Positions 15,985-34,939 of a stretch of 64,000 nucleotides of DNA are shown one piece after another. How positions within the stretch are numbered: position 1 is the first letter of the stretch; the number at the start of each line of letters is the position of its first letter. The notes under the pieces are model-generated. The model saw only the letters and a list, made by a program, of their open reading frames with translations. It was not told where the DNA came from and searched no databases. Source of the DNA: the human T2T-CHM13v2.0 reference genome, Homo sapiens. The stretch lies in assembly GCF_009914755.1 (NCBI RefSeq), contig NC_060935.1; one strand, 5' to 3'. Made by a program: the position numbers and the translations under genes.

Positions 15985-16290
15985 AGACAAGTGAAATAAG
16001 CCAGACACCAAAGGTCAAATACTGTATGACTCCACTCACATGACATATCTAGAATAGGCAAATTCACAAAGACAGATTGTAGAATGAAGGTTACAAGGAG
16101 CTGGAGGGAGCAAGAAATGGGGAGTTATTATTTAACCTTCACAGTTTCTATTTGGAATGATGAAAATTTTTGGAAATAGGGGTGATGGTTGCACGACATT
16201 TTAAATGTAATTAATGTCACTGAATTTTACACATAAAAGTGTTTAAAATGGCTAATTCTATGCTATATGTAGTTACCATAATTTGTTTTA
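15985..16290 (+). mobile_element. L1MB-type 3' fragment
   Basis: aagtgaaataagccagacaccaaaggtcaaatactgtatgactccac. Confidence 0.75.
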
Positions 16291-17284
16291 ATTTTGAAAA
16301 GATAGCCTGAAGAAACTGAGGTGGAATTTTCCCCTCCACTTTAATAAACAAGGGTTTTCTCTACAGCCACCCCTAAAACTAAATTAGTAGAGTTTGCATC
16401 ATTGCACAGAAAAGATTCCTATCCCCATGCCAGCAAATGATAGAGGTATTTGTGCTCCTCTTTATAGGTTGGAAGCAAAAATCGTTCAGAAATTTCCTCC
16501 GGATACAAAATTTATATATACATACATAAATTATTTATCACCGCAAGCTTATAATGGAAAAACATCATGTATTTGGTTCACCCATCGCCATCTGTGCTCC
16601 CGCTCCCTAGAGGGAGCTTCTTTTAAATGAGTCTCTGGTAGTTACCTATGAAGCCCTACATAGTATGCTTAAACCACTATTTCATGCTGTATCATCTCTA
16701 CCGATTATTTGTAACTTCCTGCTGTAAGAGATAAATGATAGCTCACTTGTACCACCTCCCACCGCCTCTACCCTTTCCCTCACAATACAGTTGCATCGCT
16801 GTTCTCAGTTCCTCCCACTGATTGCCTCTACAACCTCAGACTTAAATCTCCATTTATTACTCAAACAGACAATTTCTTTCGGCTCCCTATTTTGGAACTG
16901 GAGATATTAGTGATTCTCTCTTCCTCTCGCCTTCCACTCTCTTTTACCTCCTAACATCTATCAACTCTAGTTTCACTTGTATGTGGTCCAAGCTAAAAGT
17001 AGTTATGATGGTAAAATCTATGTTTTTTTAACGGGATTATTGCAAAAGTTGAATACCAGTAAACAGTGTTTGCATTATAGTAATCAGGTAAGTATTGTTA
17101 TCTTTAGGAGCACTGGGCATGCTGGAAGTATTCTTCCTTCTCTCAGATCTTAATGCCATAGCCACTTTGACACTTGGAGAATAATCCTGAGATTTAGTTC
17201 AAAAAGATTCTTCTGCTTCATACTCATCAATTGCTAAATTCACACTTAGTTTGCTACAGATATGAATCATATCTGTCTTATATA

Positions 17285-17667
17285 TTAGGTTGGGGCAAAA
17301 GTAATTGCCATTACTTTTAGTTTGCAGTTAAAAGTAATGGCAAAAACCTGCCAGGCACAGTGGCTGACACCTGTAATCCCAGCACTTTGGAGGCCAAGGT
17401 GGGTGAATCACATCACAAGGTCAGGAGTTCGAGACCAGCTTGGCCAACATAGTGAAACCCCGTCTCTACTAAAAATAAAAAAATTAGCCGGGCTTGGTGG
17501 CTACTTGGAAGCCTGAGGCAGGAAAATTTTTGGAACCCAGGAGGCAGAGGTTACAGTGAGCTGAGATCATACCACCGCACTCCAGCCTTGGCGACAGAGC
17601 AAGACTCTGTCTCAAAAAAAAAAAAACAGTAACGGCAAAAACCACAATTACTTTTACACCAACCTAA
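17285..17667. mobile_element. MADE1 (Hsmar1 MITE) split by an Alu
   Basis: TIRs ttaggttggggcaaaagtaattg / caattacttttacaccaacctaa with TA flanks. Confidence 0.88.
17349..17626 (+). mobile_element. AluS inserted in MADE1
   Basis: Alu dimer with a small internal deletion; TSD aa(a/c)agtaa(t/c)ggcaaaaacc. Confidence 0.93.
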
Positions 17668-17671
17668 TAGA

Positions 17672-17746
17672 TTGGTTGGTTGGTTGGTTGGTTGGTTGGT
17701 TGGTTGGTTGATTGGTTGGTTGGTTGGTTGATTGGTTGGTTGGTTG
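17672..17746. repeat. (TTGG)n microsatellite
   Basis: Direct reading. Confidence 0.95.
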
Positions 17747-18149
17747 ATTTTTATTGAAGTTCCTAACACCCTTACCTTTTCTTCTTGCCTTCTGTGCCTT
17801 AATCAGTTTCCAGGGTTTCTCAAACTCACTCTATTATCTATTCCATCATACACCCTTTATTCCAATGACCTACCTTGCAGTGCCCTCCATATTTCTGTTC
17901 TATATGGACTCAGCCTATTTCACAAGTGCCTTTTCACTGAGCTCCTCTGTTAGATCCATCATTTGTTTGTTTGAAGTTTCCACCTATTCTCACAATTTGC
18001 TCTAAATCCTCTAGGGTTATTCATTTCTGGTTTTATTTTTCTTTTGGTGGGTGGTAAGAAGAGATCTTTTATGTTTTTATATTTCCTAAATATCTTGGGA
18101 TTCTTAGTGGTCTATTTATATCTGTTTCAATAAAAATTGTTCCTGATTA

Positions 18150-20460
18150 AAAAAACTTACAACAAATCAGGTATAAAAGGAACATATCTCAACATTATAA
18201 AGGCCATATAAAGGCCATATAGGACAAGCCCACATCTAATATTGTACTCAATGGTGAAAAGCTGAAAGCTTTTTCTTTTATGTTATGAACAAGACATGGA
18301 TGTCCACTCTCACCACTTTTAGTTACTATAGTACTGAAAGTCCTAACCAGGGCAATTGAGCAAGAAAAATAAAAAATAAAAGATATCCAAATCAGAAAAA
18401 GAGAAGAAAATTTTATCTGTTTGCAGATGACAAAGCCTTATATATAGAAAACTCTAAAGCCTACACCAAACAATTGTTAGAACTAAAAAACAAATTTACT
18501 AAAGTCACAAGATAAAAAATCAGCATACAAAAAACAGTTGTAGTCCTATCTGCTAACAATGAACTATCCAAAAACATCAAGAAAACAATCACATTTACAA
18601 TAACATCCAAAAAGATAAAATACGTGAAAATATATTTAACCAAGGAGGTAAAAGAGCTATACACTGATAGCTATAAAAGATTCATGAAAGAAATTGAAAA
18701 TGACACAAATAAATGGAATGATATTCCATGTTTATGAATTAAAGAAATTAATATTGTAGAAATATCTATACTACCCAAAGCAATCTACAGATTCAATGCA
18801 ATCCTTATCAAAATACAAATGACATTTTTCATAGAAATAGAAAGCATAATCCTAAAATTTATACAGAACCACAAAAGACCCTGAATAGTCAAATCAACCT
18901 CAAGGGAAAAGAAAAAAGCTGGAGAAATCACACTACCTTATTATAAATTATATTATAAAGTTACAGTAATCAAACAGTATGGCACTGCCATAAAAGCTGA
19001 TAGACCAATAGAACAGAATAGAAAGCCCAGGAATAAACCTACATATCTACATTAAATTGATATTTGACAAAGGTGTCAAGAACACACAATGGGGAAAAGA
19101 TAGTCTTTAATAAATGATCTTGGAAAAACTGCACATCCACATGCAGAAGAACAAAATTGGACTCTTATCTCACACCATATATAAATATTGACCCAAAATG
19201 AATTAAAGACTTAAATGTTAGGCCTGGACCTGTAAAACTACTAGAAGAAAACAGAGGGGAAAGTCTCTATAGCATTGGCCTGGGCAGTGATTTTTTGGCT
19301 ATGACTCCAAAGGCACAAGTAACAAAAGCAAAAATAGAAAAATGGGATTGCATTAAACTAAAAATCTTCTGTAAAGAAAACAATCAAGAGTAAAAAGACA
19401 ACCTATAGAATGGGAGAAAATATTTGCAAACCATACATCTGGTAGGGGGTTAATATCCAAAATATGTAAAGAACTCCTGCAAATTAATAGTAGGAAAACA
19501 AATTTTAAAGTGGGCAAAGGACCTGAATAGACATTTCCCCAAATAAAACATACAAATGGCCAACAGGTGTATGAAGAAATGCCCAACATTACTAATTATC
19601 AGAAAAATTCAAATAAAAACTATGGTGAGATATCATCTCACATGTGTTAGAATGGCTATCACACACACACACACAAAGATATAACAAGTGTTGGTGAGGA
19701 TGTGGAGAAAAGGGAACTCTTCTTCACTGATGATGAAGTTAGTAGAGCCATTATAGAAAATAATACGGAGTTCCCTCAAAAAAATTATAAATAGAGCTAC
19801 CATATAATCCAGCAATCCCACTACTGGGTATATATTCAAAAACAAGGAAATCAGTGTGTCAAAGAAATACCTGCATTCCTGTGTTTATTGCAGCACTGGA
19901 ATCAATCTAAGTGTGCAAGATATGGAATCAATCCAAATGTCCATCAATAAATGAATGGATTTTTTAAAATCTGGTATGAGATGTGTGTGTGTGTTTGTGT
20001 GTGTACATACTCACAGACACACACAAAGTGAAATACTGTTTTTTCTTAAAGAAGAAGGCAATCTTGTCACTTACAACATGGATGAAGCTGGAGGATATTA
20101 TGCTAAGTGAAATAATCTGGGCGCAGAAAGACAAATACTGTATGATCTCACTTATATGTAGAGTGTAAAATTTTTGAACTCGCAGGAGCAAGAGTAGAAT
20201 GGTAGTCACCAGGGACTGAAGCAGGTAGCAGATGGACAGATATCGATCAAAGAGTACAAAGTTTCAGTTAGACAGGATGAATAAATTCTGGGGATCTATT
20301 GTATGGCATGGAATGGTTAATAGTAATCGTATGGTTAATAGTAATGTATTGTACACTCGAAAATTGCTCTAGAAGTAAATTTTAAATGTTCTTACTACAA
20401 AAAAATAACTATGTGAGGTGATGGATATGTTAGCTTGGTGGTGGTAATCATTTTACAGTT
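18150..20460 (+). mobile_element. L1MA-class 3' portion (degenerate ORF2 and 3'UTR)
   Basis: ctgtttgcagatgac, caatctacagattcaatgcaatcc, gtgaggtgatggatatgttag. Confidence 0.88.
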
Positions 20461-21419
20461 GTCTAAGGCAGTAACTAATCAATAAGCCAACTACCCCAAA
20501 GGGGCACTATATTACTAGGTAAATAAATAGGCACTGTACATTGGAAAATGGTGTAGCTATTTTCACCTTGTGAACCTGAGACACAGCCAAAAATCAGTGG
20601 TTAAAAAGATCACTAGGTGCTCAAATGCCATTCTTGGCAAGCACTAAAAGCAGGAAACGTGTACAGTACAGTACTAAATTCGCTTAATAGAGAAAGAATC
20701 ATCCCCACATTTCACATAACCAGAATCCAGAAATTGGTATTGCAGTTTGGATATTGATGGATTTTCATAATTAATTCTGCATGTGAAGTACAGTATGGGA
20801 CTCCCACATCCTTTTCCCCTATTTCTCTGAGTTACCATCTGATTGGCTCCTGAGTCGGCCACCTGGCTCCTGAATCGGCCACCTGGAGCACAGCACTAAG
20901 CTGTGAGTCACCTGCAAGGGTTCGTTGGGCTGGAAAAAACTAGTCCCACAACATCCTCTGAGGACACTGGAAGGTGAACTTGTTGCTTCTAATTGAAGGT
21001 GGGTCTGGAGACCCCAGTGTTGCATAACAAACTGAGGAAGAACCCCCAGATATCTAATCTGGCATAGTATCCACTGTATCCACATGAAGATTTTCTTAGG
21101 TTCTCTTAGATGTAAGAAATAAAGACTCAGTCATTACTTCAAGCAACTGGGAGTGGGAATGGGATGGGGCATCAGTACATGGAGAATAATTCCTATAAGA
21201 GCTTGTAAGTTCAGGAAATTATAAACAGCTAAGCCTCAGAACACAAACTGAAGCGTCTAAGAAACTTCTGATGCAGGGTTATTTAACCTTTATTCTAATA
21301 CAACTAGAGGAAGAAAGTCCTTTCTGGAGAGCCCCTTCCTCAAAGCAGGTCTCAAAGAATTCCTACAGATAAGATTCCAAGAACTAAACTTGAAGCAAAA
21401 AAAAAAAAAAAAATACAAA

Positions 21420-22450
<1,031 letters not shown>

Positions 22451-23944
22451 AAAAAGGTTAAAAACAAATTCTTAAAGGTAAGAAAAAATTAATTATTTTA
22501 TCCTTTCTGAAATAAGTTATTGATGGGCTCTTCCTTCTCCTTCAGATTTATTACAGGTTGCACTATAGAGTTTGGGGGGTGAGAGGATTTGTTTTTGTTT
22601 TTAATTGCCTTTTTTACTTCTTTAATATTTAATGTTGAGGTTAGTGGCCTTTGATGTAAATTATACTCCTGGAAGAAATAAATCATTGCCTCAATAAACT
22701 AGACATTAACTTTTTACCCTTAATTTGCTCCCTAATAATTTTTGCCTTTAGCAGAGAAAAAGACAGCAAAATATAGATTATGAGAAGAGTCCCTCCAGCA
22801 AAAAGAAACCATATATTTTCCAATCAAAAATATGTATCAGAGTCATTCAGACTGCAGCATGGATTTGAAAGGAGGTTGCATTTTTCCCCTTAGTATGTTA
22901 GGTGCTGAATATTCTCAAAACACAGCAGGTCTGCTATAACACTGTTCAAACCACATGAAGAATTTTTTATTTCTATGAGTTGAAGTTGAATGTTTCATTA
23001 TTTTTAGATAAATAAATATGTACAATATTTATACTTTCAGCAGTAAAAATTGTATATTTTAAACAAAGGAATCCATTTCTATGCTACCTTAATTTTATAA
23101 CATACACTTTTCAGGTGTATATTTTAATGGGGGTCTAATTACCATTGTATTTATTTTAAGTGTTTTCATACTAATTTGTTCTTGGCAGCAGACAAGAGGC
23201 AAATACATTTTAATCATTAGTTCTTAATCACGAGTAACCTTAACCCAACCTCCCAGGGAAAGGATACCTGCATTTTATAATTGGTCCTTTGTAGGACCAA
23301 TTTTTACAAATCTCTCCCAGAACTGCAATTCTCAACCAGGTTTATCCTAACCTCAAAGCCTGTGCTCTTAACTTCTGTGCTACACCATCTCCACAGATTG
23401 GCAATCAAGCTCAGGACACAGGACCCGTTCACATGAAACAATTAATGTATACCCTGGCTTCACTACCCAGATTGGACCCAATGGACTTCACTCTGCTTGA
23501 CCTTCGGCCAAATCTCCCATGTTAATCTGTCACCCAGGGTCACTCCCTCCGTCTGTTTTCACTTTGGCTTCCTGGCTGCTGAGTGGTGCCAAAAGAGAGC
23601 TAGAAACTGGGGAATTGGGGGGACACTGCAAACCCATGCTCTCGTAGCCCAGCTAATCTTCTCTGCTGTGTGGGGATTTCTTTACTCTTTTTACTGTGGA
23701 ATATTTAGTGGCTGTTCTGACTCTTTCTACTCCTTTAAGTTTCTAATACTAGACATTCTCTTTACAAAAGAAGGAATTTTACAAAGAAGATAAATACAAT
23801 TTATCATGATATTATTAACCTTTATCTCTAAGAATTTCTCTACTTCTTTTTCTTTTCCTACTCTCCCTCTCCTTGCTAAACTTTTTCTTTTTTTTTTTTC
23901 ACATTATGTTTGCTTTATTATACAAGTAATAAGCAATAAACTGG

Positions 23945-24415
23945 GTTAGTACTCAGAATATACCCACTCCCCTCCCACTCCCACTGTGGGTGGCATATAC
24001 TTCCCTGCCCCATTGGTGTTGGGCTTGGCCATAGGACTTGCTTTAGCCAATAAAATGTTAGGAAATGAGGTAAACAGAGGCTTTATACATGCTTGTGCAT
24101 TTTGGCTTGTCACTTGGGCTCTGACAAGCTGGAAGGTGAAGCGAAGCAAGCTTTTATAACTGTTGCCCCTTCAGCCAGAGCCCCAGAATGAAGGCACGTG
24201 GGGCATACAGCCTGACCTGCAGTGAGGAGCCAGACCTAGTCCAACTGCAATTTGACTGATTTAGCAGGGCGGGGCTGAGACAGAGCAGCCCTTCCATGCC
24301 CAACCTAAGTCAGTCAAATTGCAGTTGATCTGCAGAACTGTGAGCTTGAGAATAAATCCTTGTGTTGTAATCTACTGAGATTTGGGGCTGGTCTGTTATG
24401 CAGTATCAATAGCTA
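23945..24415 (+). mobile_element. MLT1-family solo LTR
   Basis: ccccattggtgttgggcttggccataggacttgctttagccaata...gagaataaat...ctactgagatttggggctggtctgttatgcag. Confidence 0.75.
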
Positions 24416-24610
24416 ATAATTATATAATATATATTTACTGTAGAAAAAATTAAAAATATAGATAAGTACACAGGGAAAAATAATATACCCATGATCCTAT
24501 CACCCAGAATAAGTACTGTTAGCATAGTGGAATATGGCTCTTGGCTATTTTTCTATATTTCACAGCAATGGGGGCCTAGTATATATACCTTTTTTGTAAT
24601 CTGCTTTTTC

Positions 24611-28282
<3,672 letters not shown>

Positions 28283-30781
28283 CTAAACTTTTTCATTGTT
28301 ACTCTCTCTCTTGCTCTTTCTCTGTCTCTCCCTCTGCCTCTCTCTCACACACACATATCTTCAATATTTCGTTCTCTTGCTCTTTCTCTGCATACTTCCC
28401 TTTGACCCTCTCATTCAAGTGAGCAATTGCCTTTATTTCTCCATTAAATTCCTCCTGTGTATGGGCAACACTCCTCTCTCCATATGCTCATCTGGGGTAC
28501 CTCAACCTCAGTTTCTTTACGTGTGGCTTCTGTCCTACCTCTCTATGCAAACTGCTTTCTTTGAGGTCTTGAGCAAAGTACTACTCACAAATCCAATGGC
28601 CTCTTGTTGGGCTACAGGCATTTCAGCCTCTCTCAAAACTGTGCACATTGCTGACCACTATTTCCTTCTTACATCTCTGCTTCCATAACATTATTCCCTT
28701 CTGGTTCTACTCCACCCTCTCTCATCTCTTCTCTGTCCCCTGTTATTGTCCCTAATCTTCCTTCCTGACACACAAGTACACATCCTCCTTTTCTGCTCCC
28801 TCTCTAACATATTCTCCCTCAATGATTTCATAAGCTTCCAAGTCATCTAAATAGTAAGAGAAACTCCATCAAACCCATAATGAAAGTGTTAATGAATATC
28901 AGTAGGTATTATACAGTAGGTTATCATTTAAAAGCTGTTCATTTTATACCTAAGAGATCAGGTTCAATTCCTCTATAAAAACTACTCTAACAATGCAACA
29001 TTCTCTCATATGTTTTCCATGTATTTCCTAATCTCTTTTCCTGCCTCACAGTTTTCTAACATTCTAATGCTGAAACCCACATATAACATGCATCTCTACA
29101 CTGGTTTCCATCCCTAAGGAAATAATGTCCTACTTTAGGCTCTATTCCTTTTTGATCTAGACTATTGATACAGATTTTTTATTTACTTTTCTCCCTTCTT
29201 AAATGGCATTTTAAAATACTCTATAACCCGACATATCCGAAAATTTACTATGCTATTTCCAAACTACAGCAGGTGAAATCTCATTTATTTTTTAAAGTCA
29301 AATTCAAATACTGCCTTCTCCATGGACATTTAATCTCCTTGACAGCTTCCTTAAGAATTTCTTCATGCCTGCCCTATGGTGTTTATCACAATCTGCCTTG
29401 TTTTGCTATTGTTTGTATGAATTCCTTAACTCTGCTGCAAGATCATTTGGCTTTTGAGAGTAAGAGCCATATACTTGTTCATATTTGCATTTTCCATGGC
29501 ATTAAGCATAGTGCCTTACACATAATGAGAGTATGCTGTAGTTTTCATTAAAAAATATTCCTATTAATAATATATAACATTAGAGAAAGCTCTATGGGAA
29601 AGCAGCACACACTAACTTAACAGATTTGTTGTTGAGGCTTTAAAACTTTTTAGGTCATAGACCTTTTGAGAGTCCATTCAAAGCTACAGACTTGCATGGA
29701 CTTTTGAGATCCCATGAAGCCATTCATGAACTTCCGCTTAAGAACTGTTGGATTTGACTGTGTGTTATTATTATTATCATTATCGTTATAAATGTGGCCA
29801 GTTATCTCTAAAGAATAAAAGCTCAAAATGCCCAATGCCTGCTTTCCTTGGGTTTCAGTCAAGAGGGAGACCCTCCCTCTGAATATATCTTTCCCTAATT
29901 ACCATACTGCCTAACATAGAAACAGGAAGTAAGTCAATCTGAGTACAGCTTTTCTAAAGCAGCACAGGTTCTGGATAATACGAGTAATAGTTGCTGAAGA
30001 CACTGGTGAAACAGCTCTAAAAACAGCTGACATCCCAAAGACGCAAAGCAAGGAAGTCTAACAATTTTTCACATCTGTGTTCTTGTATTTGAATTGTTTG
30101 ATCATCTGACTGAATTGTAAGTCTTATGCCAGTATAATATTTTTTCTTATTTTATGCAGCACTGGTTATATTGTGAGTACACAAGAATAATAACAATAAT
30201 TAAGAAAATTAAAGTGGCAAAGCTTTTCATTTTTTGGTATTATTTACATGAATTAGATGGAATGCAAGTGGAAGTCTGCTCTGGAAGGGATTGAGATGTG
30301 CGGAGACCTTATTAGTGATATTTATTTGTGATATTTAAATGTTATTTTTATAGCAGTTTGGCATTGACATGTGGAATGTAATTTAGAAGGGGTGCAAGAT
30401 GTAATTATTAAGTATTCTGAAGCTAATTACTTAGACAAAAACAAATATTTTATTATCAAAAGGATTACACATTCATTTACATAGTCTATTTAGGACATTC
30501 TAATAGTAATTGCTGTCCTTATTTGCCTAGACTGATGTGAGATACTCAAGGAATTTTTTTTGGATATCCATATATAGCTCAGAAGTCATAAATACATTGG
30601 TCTCTCTATTTATTGTATATTCCTTCAATAATAATTTTATGATAAATATCTTCCATTTGCATAGGATTTTACAATTTGCAAATTACTTTCATATGCAGTG
30701 ATTATCTCATGTTATCATTACCTTTTGAGCTAGATAAGTTATTATTAAGCAAATTGTAGATTAAGAAACTAAGATACAGGG

Positions 30782-31161
30782 TGCTACGGACTGAACTGTG
30801 TACACCTAAAATTTGTATGTTGAAGCCCTAACCCGCAATGTGACTGTATTCGGAGATAGGGCTTTCAGGAGGTAATTTAAGGTTTTAAAAGGCCGTAAGA
30901 ATAGGATCTTAATCTGATAGGATTGATGGCTTTATAACAAAAGCAAAGGAGAGAGCTCTCCCTGTGTCTCTGTCCCACAAGGGATCACACAGTGAGAAGG
31001 CAACTGTCTACAAAGCCAGGAAAAGGGCCCTCACCAGAGCCCAATCACAATGATACCCTGACCTCAGACTCCCAGCCTCCAGAACTGCAAGAAAATAAAT
31101 CTCTGTTAGTGAAGCCACTCAGTCTATGGTATTTTGTTATGGCAGCCAGAGCACTACAACA
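30782..31161 (+). mobile_element. MLT1A/B-type solo LTR
   Basis: tgctacggactgaactgtg...ctcagactcccagcctccagaactg...gttatggcagcc. Confidence 0.82.
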
Positions 31162-31960
31162 CAGAGAAATCTGCCCCTAAAATCTCTTACGTTGTGGCAT
31201 TGAATGTAGAACCCTCATTCCTCTCTTACTCCAGCACTATTCCCACGAGAATGTATCACCTTTGAAGAAAAAATTGTCAAGTTGGGAGTGATTTCATTTT
31301 TCTCAAAGAGTTAAATAAAGGGCAAGAAAGAAATCTGTACTCACATGAAAATGAAAAAATCAATGCACAGGAAAGAAAACAATAAATATTTAACTTGATG
31401 AAATCCTGTGGCCTTTGAAAGACGTTAATCCCCTATTGTGGCTTTTCTTCATCTTAGTTTGTAGTCAGGGGAAGGCGATTATCGAGTAAAATACCCTTAT
31501 GTGCCCTGAGATCTCCCACAGGACCCTCTATCCTCTGAGACTCCACCTAACTGGGCTTCGTGCCCAAAACATCAGCAGTTCCAACCTAATAATAAAAACG
31601 AGCTGGAAAATCGTATGTAAAGTTCTGTTTCTAATACGAAGGATGAATAATATATTTTCAGGTCAAATATGAGAAGACATATAGGAAGAAATAGAGGAAC
31701 TTGACAGTACTCAGGCCTGTTTTGCATTTATGAAAACTGGTAAACAGAGATACCTGAAATATGCTAGTCAGAATATAGCCTCTGAGATTGTAAAAACTCT
31801 TCTCTTACTCTTTTTGCTTCTGGGTAGGCAAAGATTAGAAACAGCATGAGGAGGAGGAAGAACAAAGTGGAAGATGGCAGGAAAAGGAAAGGGGGAAGGA
31901 AACTCTAGATCTTTCAGAAATGAAGTAAGAATTCAAATCAACAGAAATAAAAGTGTGTTT

Positions 31961-32775
31961 CCAGTCAGAATGGCTATTATTAAAAAGACAAAAAATAACA
32001 GATGCTGATGGGGTTGTGGATAAAAGGGAACACTTACACACTGTTGGTGGGAGTGTAAATTAGTTCAATGATTGTGGAAAGCAACATGGCAATTCCTCAA
32101 AGAGCTAAAAACAGAACTACCATTCAACCCAGCAATCCCATTACTGGGTATATACCCAGAGGAATATGAATCATTCTACCATAAAAACACATGCATGTGA
32201 ATGTTTATTGAAGCACTATTCACAGTAGTGAAGACAAGCAATCAACCTAAATGCCCATCATTGGCAGATTGGGTAAAGAAAAGGTGGTATATATATTCCA
32301 AGGAATACTACACAGCCATAAAAAATAACAAGACCATGCCTTTTGCAGGAACATCGATGGAGGCCATTATCCTTAGCAAACTAATGCAGGAACAGAAAAC
32401 AAAGTATCGCATGTTCTCATAAGTGGGAACTAAATGATGAGAACTCATGGACACAAAGAGGAAAGCAACAGACACTGGAGGACTACTTGAGGGTAAAGGG
32501 TGGGAGGAGGGAGAGGATCATAAAAAATAACTATTGGGTACTAGGTTTAATACCTGTGTTACTAAATAATCTGTACAACAAACCCCCATGACATGAGTTT
32601 GCCTATATAACAAACCAGCACATGTACCCCTGAACCTAAAATAAAAGTTAAAAAATAAAAAGTAATAAAAAAGCTAAAGCAATTCCAAGTACAATTTTTT
32701 TCACTGTAGCTTTTCATCATCATAATTTTCAAAAGGATGTCAGAAATAAAATAGTTCAGCAACTTCAAAAAAAAA
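31961..32775 (+). mobile_element. 5'-truncated older L1PA (PA13-16-like) with 3' transduction
   Basis: L1 3'UTR ends ~32650, then unique DNA with AATAAA and a second poly(A); TSD agaaataaaag(t/a)gtgttt at 31943-31960 and 32775-32792. Confidence 0.88.
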
Positions 32776-34487
32776 GAAATAAAAGAGTGTTTAACTACAA
32801 CTGTTTGGGCTACTCTAGCCACATTTATTTGCAATCTTTTGTCTTTTATTGCTTCATTTTAAAAAAATATTTTGATTTTGATAGATTGATAGATCAATAA
32901 TTACTGTTGAAAGAGTTATGCTATAATGTAAAGTCATTTTTCTTTGCATTAAGTCAAATTTGTAGTATGATTTGAAATGGATTTGAAAGATTTTTCCATG
33001 TCCAGGCGATCTGAGACAAGACATGTCTTTCATCGCTTTGGGCTTAAGTGGTTGCAAACTCGTACTTTCAAGATACCATTGAACAGACTAGGAAGCTGAG
33101 CGTTTGAATATCAGAACTCCAACTCTCCCCACCTCCCTACCACCACCCACCCCTGCCAATGTTAGAAGAGCAGGGAAGCTACTGGAAATCTTTTTAAAGA
33201 AGTAACTGGCCTATAATACAAGGTAGCAATGGGAATGGAAGAGCTAGAAACAGAACATAGAGACTGCAGAAATATTTACACATGGTGGGCAAGGGAGAGG
33301 GAGAAATAAATAAATGATGAAGCCATTGGGGGTAGATGGAGTAATCCTAGAATAATCCTTTCATAAAATTTCCCCATCTACGTTCACGGCATCTCCATCT
33401 CTGTACGTTTTTCATGATCACACTAGACTTTTCTAGGGTCCTGCACTTGGTGTTCCTACAGCACTTTGTGCCTGCTTCATTGTAACACTTAGGCATTCAG
33501 AACATGGACTTCAATGTAAATCCAAGCTCTACCATTTACTAGTTGTGTGACCTTGAGCAAAGTAATTTAACTCTAAAATCTTTATTTTCTTCATTTGTAA
33601 AATAAAAATGGAATCTACTTCATAAATTTTTTTGAAATTAAAATTGTATAATGCATGGAAAAAGTGATTAGCAAATTGTCCGTCACACATGTCCTCAATA
33701 AATGTTACACTACTATTCATTTTAGCACTTATCACATTGTGTTTTAATCATTGTTTTATGTGTGTCTCCTACTCTATTTTGAGATCATCTAAGGCAGAGA
33801 ATGTGCTCTATTCATTTTGCCAACCTGTAACTAGCATAGTTACTGGCACATAGAGTAGATAAATAAACAAATCAACAAGTATGAATTGAGAATTATATGA
33901 ATAAATAAAAACAATTTTTCTCAGGTCTAAAAAATCCAGTCTGAGCTATATCTGAGGGTTAATTAGGATCTATGACCAAAGTTCTCAATGTTTATTTATT
34001 CATTCATTTATTCAAACAGAATTCCATGTTGTACCTACAACTGGGGCCAGGGTAGGAGTGGTCAAGGGGTGTTGGCATCTGCCCTTCTTTGGCCATTTAA
34101 TTCTGTAGGCAGAGGAAAATCATTAAAATTTTTAAATAAAGGGGCAATAGAATCAGTGAAGAAGAGGCTGGATTGGAGGCCAAAGAGGAAGACTAGAGTA
34201 AGAGCAGCTAGTTAGTGGGCAAGAGAAAAAGTCCTTGGTTTTGACTAAAGCGTAATTCATGGGAGAAAGATCTAACTCTAAAGGCAATCAATAGACAGAA
34301 CAGACAGAAACAGACAATCAACAGACAGAAACTGTCAGGCTTGTGACTGATTGAATGTAGGAAATGAAGGAGAAAAAAAAAATCTAGAGGACCTCTTTTC
34401 AATGTGTGAATAAAGAAATTGTGGAACCTTAATAGAGACTGGGCATTTTTCTTGAATGCAGTGCATTTTTTAAAATTACAGTAGAGT

Positions 34488-34775
34488 GGCTGGGCACAGT
34501 GGCTTATGCCCATAATCCCAGCACTTTAGGAGGCCGAGGCGGGCAGATCACACGGTCAAGAGATCAAGACCATCCTGGCTAACACGGTGAAACCCCATCT
34601 CTATTAAAAATACAAAAAATTAGCCAGGCATGGTGGTGGGCACCTATAGTCCCAGCTACTCAGAAGACTGAGGCTGGAGAATGGCATGAACCTGGGAGGC
34701 GGAGCTTGCAGTGAGCACTCCAGCCTGGGTCACAGAGCGAGACTCTGTCTAAAAAAATAAAAATAAAAAAAATAA
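34488..34775 (+). mobile_element. Alu (Sc/Y-like) with ~17-bp internal deletion
   Basis: Alu dimer; gcagtgagc|actccagcc deletion; TSD agtagagt. Confidence 0.93.
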
Positions 34776-34859
34776 GAGTAGAGTGATATATTTGTTAAAT
34801 AAGAGAACCCACGAGTACTATAAAATCTGTATACAAGTTAGACTGTTTTTGGCCTGGGA

Positions 34860-34939
34860 TACAGTTAAAAAAATACTCTGTATAGGTCAAATTACAGACA
34901 TGTGTAATTTGACCTATACAGAGTATTTTTTTAACTGTA
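34860..34939. repeat. Perfect inverted repeat (37-bp arms, 6-nt spacer)
   Basis: 34860-34896 is the exact reverse complement of 34903-34939. Confidence 0.95.

Noticed and set aside
17551-17769. NQPT-repeat ORF
   Set aside because: It is the translation of the (TTGG)n microsatellite.
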